A stretch of 64,000 nucleotides of DNA. Source: Methanomicrobia archaeon. GTDB lineage: Archaea > Halobacteriota > Syntropharchaeia > Alkanophagales > Methanospirareceae. The DNA is taken from positions 1,348-65,347 of the forward strand of contig DSCO01000060.1 of assembly GCA_011049045.1 (NCBI GenBank), in the 5' to 3' direction. A program made the position numbers and the translations under genes. This document shows, piece after piece, positions 57,584 through 64,000 of the stretch (positions are counted from its first letter, which is position 1; each line of letters begins with the position of its first letter). The notes beneath the pieces were generated by a model. The model was not told the DNA's origin, ran no database searches, and worked only from the letters and a program-made list of their open reading frames with translations.

Positions 57584-59578
57584 ATGAATAAAGGAGAAGC
57601 GGGCATAAAAGAAAAGGCGATTTCACGGCAGAGGAAAGCACGAGAAAAGAAGACACTGGGCCCCGTAGCGAATTTGGAGGCTCATGTGAGTCCTGATTGG
57701 TGGCGGCACCTCTTCAATTCGCTCTACTTGAAGACCGATGCGGACGTCGTTGATGATCCACGCGTCACCGGAAAGGAAGTCGAATTCGTTTCAGACCTGC
57801 TCCGGCTTGCACCTGACGAGCGGATCCTGGATCTCTGCTGTGGTCAGGGCCGGCATTCATTGGAGCTGGCTCGGCGCGGGTACCGGAACGTTGAGGGACT
57901 TGATCGCTCACATTTCCTCATTCACCGAGCACGAACGCAGGCGAGGAAGGCGGGTCTCTCATTGCGGTTCCGCGAGGGTGATGCGCGACGACTCCCGTAT
58001 GCTTCGGATTCTTTTGATGCGGTGATGCTGTTGGGCAACAGTTTCGGGTACTTTGAGACGGTCCACGACGACCTACGGGTATTGAAGGAGATCTTCAGGG
58101 TGTTGAAGCCCTGGGGGCGGTTCCTTATTGATGTGGCGGATGGTGCGTATCTCCGTGAGCACTTCCAGCCGCGATCCTGGGAATGGATCGATAAGAACCT
58201 CTTCGTCTGTCGTGAACGCTCGCTCACACTGGATGACCAGCGCTTGATCTCACGAGAGGTGGTGACGCACGTGAACAAAGGCGTGATTGTTGACCAACTC
58301 TATGCAGAGCGGCTCTACACACGGGAGAGCCTCAATGAGCTCTTGAAGAGCGCAGGCTTCAGTGATATCCGATTCCATGGTGAGTTCCTCTCCGATTCCG
58401 ACCGAAATCAGGATCTCGGGATGATGGAGCGGCGCATCATCGTCACTGCCGCGGTTAGAAAGGAGTGGGCCGCGGTGAAGAAGAGAACGCGCCGTGGGAT
58501 CAGGCATGTGGTGGTCGTCATGGGCGATCCCAGCAAGCCGGACACGGTCAAGCCCTGCTGTGTCTTCGATGACGATGATCTCTACACCATCGATCAATTA
58601 AAAGGTTCCTTACGGGAATTGAAGGATTTCCGGTTCAGTTATCTCGCCAATCATAACATGCTCATCCAGGATTTGATAAAGCATGAAGCGAAGCTGGATT
58701 TCGTCCTCAATCTCTGCGACGAAGGATTTGAGAACGATGCGAAGAAGGAGCTGCACGTTCCCGCGCTCCTTGAGTTGCTCGGTATTCCGTATACCGGCTC
58801 GGGGCCGCAGTGTCTCGCGTTCTGCTTTGATAAATCACTGGTACGTGGAATCGCGCAGGAGATGGGCATCCCGGTGCCCAAAGCGCTCTTCATCAAGCCT
58901 GAGGACACGACCTTCGAGTTGCACGTCGACTTTCCCGTACTCGTCAAGCCGAACTTCGGCGACTCCAGCTTCGGCATTACGCAGCGGAATGTATGTTATG
59001 ATCCGGAAGAGCTGACGAATGCGATTGCCGAGATCCGCGAGCGGTTCGGCTATGAGAAGCCGATCCTTGTGGAGGAGTTTCTCACCGGTCAAGACTTGAG
59101 CATGGGTATCATCGGCAATCCGCCCGAATCGTACACCGTGCTCCCCATCATCGAGGAAGATTACTCGGCACTCCCGGAAGGCCTGCCCCGGATCTGTGGC
59201 TATGAGGCGAAATGGCTGCCCGAGTCGCCCTACTGGAAAATCCGCTCGATTCCCGCAGAGCTCCCGGAAGAGGTTGAACGTAGGCTCGTGGAATGGTCAG
59301 TGAAGCTCTTTGAGCGATTGGAATGCCGCGATTATGCGCGCTTCGACTGGCGCCTCAATGCGCAGGGCAATCCCAAGCTTTTGGAAGTGAATCCCAATCC
59401 CGGCTGGTGCTGGGACGGGCATCTGGCGAAGATGAGCGCGATTGCCGGTATGAGCTATGCAGCAATGCTGGAAGCAATCCTGAAAGCAGCAGAAGCGCGC
59501 ATATTCCAGCATAAGGATGAGAAGATGGCGCTGAGCGCCCCCGCGCCTCAGGATGTAGAATGCGTCGATGGTCTCTGA
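57584..59578 (+). CDS. Fusion protein: class I SAM-dependent methyltransferase plus D-Ala-D-Ala-ligase-like ATP-grasp
   Basis: MTase motif I ILDLCCGQGRHSLELARRGY. The C-terminal half has VLVKPNFGDSSFGI, VEEFLTGQDLSMGIIG and ARFDWRLNAQGNPKLLEVNPNPG. The track start 57527 overlaps a TATA-like ATATATATAG, so ATG 57584 is preferred. Confidence 0.75.
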   Translation: MNKGEAGIKEKAISRQRKAREKKTLGPVANLEAHVSPDWWRHLFNSLYLKTDADVVDDPRVTGKEVEFVSDLLRLAPDERILDLCCGQGRHSLELARRGYRNVEGLDRSHFLIHRARTQARKAGLSLRFREGDARRLPYASDSFDAVMLLGNSFGYFETVHDDLRVLKEIFRVLKPWGRFLIDVADGAYLREHFQPRSWEWIDKNLFVCRERSLTLDDQRLISREVVTHVNKGVIVDQLYAERLYTRESLNELLKSAGFSDIRFHGEFLSDSDRNQDLGMMERRIIVTAAVRKEWAAVKKRTRRGIRHVVVVMGDPSKPDTVKPCCVFDDDDLYTIDQLKGSLRELKDFRFSYLANHNMLIQDLIKHEAKLDFVLNLCDEGFENDAKKELHVPALLELLGIPYTGSGPQCLAFCFDKSLVRGIAQEMGIPVPKALFIKPEDTTFELHVDFPVLVKPNFGDSSFGITQRNVCYDPEELTNAIAEIRERFGYEKPILVEEFLTGQDLSMGIIGNPPESYTVLPIIEEDYSALPEGLPRICGYEAKWLPESPYWKIRSIPAELPEEVERRLVEWSVKLFERLECRDYARFDWRLNAQGNPKLLEVNPNPGWCWDGHLAKMSAIAGMSYAAMLEAILKAAEARIFQHKDEKMALSAPAPQDVECVDGL

Positions 59579-59687
59579 CTCGCCATGTCGTCGCCCATTT
59601 ACGAAACGACGTGATTTGTGCCGCTACCTATTTAAATCCGGGTAGGATATGGTATACAACTCACATCCCGGAGGATGATTGGGTCAG

Positions 59688-59906
59688 ATGGCGGAAGAGC
59701 TAAAGGGAAATACAAAGAAGGTATACGAATCGATGCAGCAGCTGGGTATGAAGAGCGAAGAGAAGGCGAAAGGTCTGGAAGATATTGTGCGTGAGGCCAG
59801 GCTCCCGAAGGGTGCGGTTGCTAATAGCATTACCGAATTAACGCAGAAGAAGCTGGCGAAGCGGAGAGCGGGCGATAAGACCGCGAAGTATTTCCTGCTC
59901 AGATGA
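59688..59906 (+). CDS. Small winged-helix DNA-binding protein
   Basis: 72 aa from MAEELKG. GGAGGA lies 12 nt upstream. LEDIVREARLPKGAVANSITELTQKKLAKR resembles a wHTH. Confidence 0.55.
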   Translation: MAEELKGNTKKVYESMQQLGMKSEEKAKGLEDIVREARLPKGAVANSITELTQKKLAKRRAGDKTAKYFLLR

Positions 59907-59934
59907 TGATCGGGATGAGTGGGGGCGGATTACC

Positions 59935-60723
59935 ATGGAGAAGAAGTTATACTATCTTCCCGTCTATTACGATATTGCATTTTCCTACGATCTCACCGGG
60001 GAGTTGCACTTTTTTACCGCGTGCTTCGAGGCATACGCGGACATTACGGTGCGCAGAATCCTGGAGCCCGCCTGTGGGAGTGGTCGTCTGTTACTGCCAC
60101 TGGCGGCGCATGGCTATCATATCCTCGGCTATGATATCAGTGAGGAGATGGTCGCGTACACGCGTGACAAGATCGAGCAAGCGGGTCTCAACGGTCACGC
60201 CGAGGTGGTTGTCGGCGATATGCGAACGCGGAAATTTAAGGATACGTTCGATGCCGCACTCAATCTCCTGAATACCATCGGCTACCTCATCTCGGATGCG
60301 GACATTAAAAAACATTTCAAAGCGGTCTCGCACTCGCTCCGACGCGGCGGGATCTATATCGTAGAACTCGCCTGCGCACCCTTGAATCCGAAAACGGAGG
60401 AGCAGCCGGATGATACCTGGGTCGCCGAACGAGACGGCGTGACGGTGCAGACAACCTGGCGCACTGAGCGCTATGATTACGTACGCAAGCGGAAATACAA
60501 CATCTGCAAGATGAGCGTCGTGGACAGGCCCCGGGAGAAGAAGTTCATGTTCATCGAGCCGCACATCCTGCGATTGTGGTTCGCCGAGGACGTGAAGCAG
60601 TTGAGTGCCGCGGGTGGCTTTGTCCTGAAGGCGATTTATAATCCGGGCTTTGACCGCTTACCGCTCGATGCGCCCCTTACTGGTGAGCTGGGCAATCTTT
60701 ACTTCATTCTGAAGAAGGAATGA
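59935..60723 (+). CDS. Class I SAM-dependent methyltransferase
   Basis: 262 aa. Motif I ILEPACGSGRLLLPLAAHGYHILGYDIS and post-I GDMR. Confidence 0.8.
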   Translation: MEKKLYYLPVYYDIAFSYDLTGELHFFTACFEAYADITVRRILEPACGSGRLLLPLAAHGYHILGYDISEEMVAYTRDKIEQAGLNGHAEVVVGDMRTRKFKDTFDAALNLLNTIGYLISDADIKKHFKAVSHSLRRGGIYIVELACAPLNPKTEEQPDDTWVAERDGVTVQTTWRTERYDYVRKRKYNICKMSVVDRPREKKFMFIEPHILRLWFAEDVKQLSAAGGFVLKAIYNPGFDRLPLDAPLTGELGNLYFILKKE

Positions 60724-60742
60724 ATGAGGGCGGGTTCAGGAT

Positions 60743-61966
60743 ATGCTCGCACTCCTTACGCTCGGTGCAGTCTTTATCCTGATTGCGATACGGCGGATCG
60801 GCTCCTTCAGCCTGCAGATCTGGCAGATTATGCTCCTGGGAGCGGTCATGGTGCTCATCACCGGGCAGATCTCACCTGCTGATGCGCTGCGGGCTGTTAA
60901 TCTCGAGATCATCTTGTTTTTATTCGGCGTCTTCACGATCGGCCAGGCCCTGGAAGAGAGTGGCTATCTCTCGCAGCTCGCCGCGGCACTCTTTGGGCGA
61001 GCAAAATCGGTGGATCAACTCGTTCTTGCGATTCTTCTCGGGTTCGGGTTGCTCTCCACACTGCTCATGAACGATACGATGGCGATAATAGGAACCCCGG
61101 TCGTTCTGTTGCTTGCGCGGCAGCATGGCCTGGCGGCGAAGCCGCTCCTCATGACCCTCGCGTTTGCGATTACCATTGGTAGCGTGATGAGCCCGATCGG
61201 CAATCCCCAGAATCTCCTGATCGCCGTTACGCTCACCAATCCGTTCATCACCTTCTTCAGGCATCTCGCAGTCCCGACCCTCATCAATCTACTCGTGGCG
61301 TATCTCGTCCTGAAATACGCCTTTCGTACCGAGTTAGCGGGAAGACCGCTGCTTATAAGTTCCCCGGACGTTATTAAGGATTACAAACTCGCCCGGTTAG
61401 CTCAAGTCTCACTCGCGCTCATGCTGATCCTGATCGCCGCGAAAATAGCCCTGGGGTTTACCCACCTGCCGATCGATCTCCGGCTGACCGATATCGCCCT
61501 GATTGCTGCTGTGCCCGTGCTCCTGAGTGAGAAACGCGTGAAGCTCATCCGGGAGATCGACTGGTACACGCTCATCTTCTTTATTGCGCTCTTCATTTTG
61601 ATGCAAAGTGTCTGGGACAGCGGCGTCTTTCAATCGCTCCTTGCCCACTTCCAACTCGACATCACGACCCCACCCGTAATCATGACGATAAGCGTCCTCC
61701 TCTCGCAGCTGATCTCGAACGTACCCCTCGTAGCGCTCTATCTCCCCCTGCTGATCCACGCGGGAGCGACACCTGAAGGGCTCTTAGCTCTGGCCGCGGG
61801 CAGCACCATCGCGGGTAACCTGCTCATTCTGGGTGCTGCGTCCAATGTCATCATTATCCAGCATGCAGAGCGGAGCGGAGAAACGCTATCCTTCGTCGAA
61901 TTTGCAAAGGTCGGCATACCACTCGCGAGTGTTAATATTCTCGTCTATGCTCTAGTTCTCTTGTGA
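60743..61966 (+). CDS. ArsB/NhaD-superfamily (citrate-transporter-like) anion permease
   Basis: 407 aa, multi-pass. The internal repeat pattern, with GSVMSPIGNPQNLLI and GSTIAGNLLILGAASNVII hairpin motifs, is typical of the IT superfamily. Confidence 0.7.
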   Translation: MLALLTLGAVFILIAIRRIGSFSLQIWQIMLLGAVMVLITGQISPADALRAVNLEIILFLFGVFTIGQALEESGYLSQLAAALFGRAKSVDQLVLAILLGFGLLSTLLMNDTMAIIGTPVVLLLARQHGLAAKPLLMTLAFAITIGSVMSPIGNPQNLLIAVTLTNPFITFFRHLAVPTLINLLVAYLVLKYAFRTELAGRPLLISSPDVIKDYKLARLAQVSLALMLILIAAKIALGFTHLPIDLRLTDIALIAAVPVLLSEKRVKLIREIDWYTLIFFIALFILMQSVWDSGVFQSLLAHFQLDITTPPVIMTISVLLSQLISNVPLVALYLPLLIHAGATPEGLLALAAGSTIAGNLLILGAASNVIIIQHAERSGETLSFVEFAKVGIPLASVNILVYALVLL

Positions 61967-62239
61967 TAAGAACGCTTTCCGCACCGTAAATAGCGGACGG
62001 GCGTGCATCATGGCGAACGGGGATACAATTAGGCGCGATATACCGGCTGTGCGATCGGCCGTCCTTTTTGGGGCAGGTTCCTGGCTAGCTGATTCCTTCG
62101 GCTTCCAGCTTCCGCCACCATCTGCTCTGCTCGTTTCTTCATCAGCTCCCTTCTGGCCATGGGGGTTTGCCGCACCGATCCCTTAGGCTTTACTTATGAC
62201 CCTGCATATATCTATAGATGGAAAAGGAGAACGATTGAG

Positions 62240-63961
62240 ATGGTTCGCGGTAACCGTTCATTATTAGAAGGATATTTCCACATCGCGTTCTTCAGCATGG
62301 AGATCGGCGTCAATCCAAAGATACCAACGTACAGCGGCGGGCTGGGTATACTGGCCGGCGACATCCTCAGATCGTGCGCCGATCTGAACGTCCCGATCGT
62401 CGCTATGACGCTCGCCAGTAACAAAGGGCATATCGCCCAGAAATTGGATGCCAAGGGTAATCAGACCGAGTTCTTCAAAGGTTGGCGGATCGATGACTTC
62501 GCCACGCTCAAACCGGGGAAGATATGCGTGCCCATCGAGGGCCGGGACGTCAGTGTGCAGGCATGGGAGTATAAGCTGACGGGCCGGGAGGGGCATCAAC
62601 TTCCCGTCTACTTCCTGGATACCAACCTCTACGAGAATACCGAGGCGGACCGGGAGATCACCTCGTACCTGTACGGTGGCGATGAGCGCTACCGGCTGGC
62701 GCAGGAGATCGTGCTCGGCATCGGTGGGGTACGGATGCTCGATGCACTGGGGCAGCATAATATCAGCAAATATCACCTGAATGAAGGCCATTCGGCGCTC
62801 GCCGTTCTGGAGTTGTCGAAGAAGACGAAACAGGAGCATCCGCAGTATACGCATGAGCAGCTGCTCGAGGCCATACGCGATAGATGCGTTTTTACCACAC
62901 ACACGCCCGTGCCCGCGGGCCACGATAAGTTCGCCGCTTCGCTGGTCGAGCAACTCCTGGGCACCTATTGCGATGCGGTAGGGCTGAAGTATATCTGTAA
63001 CGGGAGCCCGCTCAATATGACCTTGCTCGCGCTGGAGCACAGCGGGTATATTAACGGCGTGGCCAAACGGCACGAGGAGATCTCACGTGATATGTTCCCG
63101 GGCTATCCCATCGATTCGATCACGAACGGTGTGCACCACGTCTTCTGGACTGCGGAACCGTTCAGGACGCTGTATGATAGTCACATCAGCGGATGGCGCA
63201 AGGACCCTTTCAACCTGCGCTATGTGGTCCAAATCCCTCTGGAGGAGATACGGGAGGCGCATCGCGCGGCAAAGAAGCGCTTGATCGATTTCGTCAACGC
63301 ACGGCACGATGCGGGCATGACCTATGATGCCTGCACCCTGGGCTTTGCGCGGCGAATGACGCGGTATAAACGCCCGCATCTCCTGTTCACCAATACCCGG
63401 TGGCTCGCTGCGATCGCGAAGCAGGTCGGTCCGATTCAGGTGATCATGGCCGGGAAGGCGCATCCGAAGGATACGTTCGGCAAGGATTTGATACGGCAGA
63501 TCTTCGCGGCGATCGAGGAATTGGCGGGCGAGGTGAAGATCGTGTTCCTGGAGGATTACGATATGGAGCTCGCGCTGTTGCTCACATCGGGCGTTGACAT
63601 CTGGCTCAATACCCCGAAGATACCCTGCGAAGCCTCAGGCACGAGCGGTATGAAGGCGTGCCTCAACGGCATTCCGAGCCTGAGTGTGCTCGACGGGTGG
63701 TGGGTTGAAGGCTGCGTCGAGGATGTCACCGGCTGGGCGATCGAGACGAAGGTAGCGAATGTCTGCGAGCTGCAGATGGATGACGCGGAAGAGGCTGAAA
63801 GCCTGTACAGGAAGCTGGAAGAGGTGGTCATACCCCTCTATTATGCTCAAGAGCGCGACGGCTGGGCTCAGATCATGCGCTACGCCATCGCTTTCAACGG
63901 CTCGTTCTTCAACTCGCATCGCATGGTGCAGCAGTATCTCCTCAATGCGTATTTCGCCTAG
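62240..63961 (+). CDS. glgP: Alpha-glucan (glycogen/maltodextrin) phosphorylase, GT35 short form
   Basis: AFFSMEIGV...YSGGLGILAGD start, HLNEGHSA, GFARRMTRYKRP, and the PLP-Lys region EASGTSGMKACLNG. Start taken at ATG 62240 after AAGGAG. Confidence 0.85.
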   Translation: MVRGNRSLLEGYFHIAFFSMEIGVNPKIPTYSGGLGILAGDILRSCADLNVPIVAMTLASNKGHIAQKLDAKGNQTEFFKGWRIDDFATLKPGKICVPIEGRDVSVQAWEYKLTGREGHQLPVYFLDTNLYENTEADREITSYLYGGDERYRLAQEIVLGIGGVRMLDALGQHNISKYHLNEGHSALAVLELSKKTKQEHPQYTHEQLLEAIRDRCVFTTHTPVPAGHDKFAASLVEQLLGTYCDAVGLKYICNGSPLNMTLLALEHSGYINGVAKRHEEISRDMFPGYPIDSITNGVHHVFWTAEPFRTLYDSHISGWRKDPFNLRYVVQIPLEEIREAHRAAKKRLIDFVNARHDAGMTYDACTLGFARRMTRYKRPHLLFTNTRWLAAIAKQVGPIQVIMAGKAHPKDTFGKDLIRQIFAAIEELAGEVKIVFLEDYDMELALLLTSGVDIWLNTPKIPCEASGTSGMKACLNGIPSLSVLDGWWVEGCVEDVTGWAIETKVANVCELQMDDAEEAESLYRKLEEVVIPLYYAQERDGWAQIMRYAIAFNGSFFNSHRMVQQYLLNAYFA

Positions 63962-64000
63962 TCTCGCGATAGGATCATGCTCGCCTGCCGCCATTACGCT

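Noticed and set aside
1-64000. CRISPR arrays and rRNA genes
   Set aside because: No regularly spaced direct repeats and no rRNA-like conserved stretches were seen anywhere in the window.

Overview
High-GC archaeal chromosome segment (about 55-60% GC; many antisense shadow ORFs in the track). It most likely comes from a methanogen or methanotroph-type euryarchaeon. Support for this: methanogenesis marker proteins 3, 5 and 15, SepCysS, RadB, CetZ, a TRAM protein, and the archaeal rpoH-rpoB-rpoA1-rpoA2-rpl30e-nusA-rps12-rps7 block. Housekeeping content: ilvBNC, lysA, nadX/nadC, class II ribonucleotide reductase, secD, RNase P subunit Rpp21, tRNA-Ser(GCU), tRNA-Lys(UUU), alpha-glucan phosphorylase and several transporters. 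No rRNA genes and no CRISPR array are present. An accessory stretch at about 12.0-20.0 kb is bracketed by an IS1182-type transposase gene and a 1.5-kb IS whose transposase is frameshifted. It carries a SatD-like palm-domain/HTH gene coupled to a small membrane protein, an alpha/beta hydrolase, a GyrI-like protein and a dockerin-bearing secreted protein. A 238-bp deleted relic of the second IS lies just upstream of the marker-3 gene. Regions most worth follow-up: (1) the SatD-like two-gene module; (2) a four-gene CetZ-centred cluster (coiled-coil/wHTH protein, PRC-barrel protein, CetZ, externally exposed membrane-anchored protein); (3) a methyltransferase::ATP-grasp fusion clustered with a small wHTH, a second methyltransferase and a permease; (4) a catalytically degenerate cis-prenyltransferase paralogue whose ATG sits 3 nt after tRNA-Ser; (5) an RNase HIII gene in a lower-GC patch; (6) rpoB as a single ORF. 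All functional calls rest on reading the translated ORFs for motifs. No database search was run.
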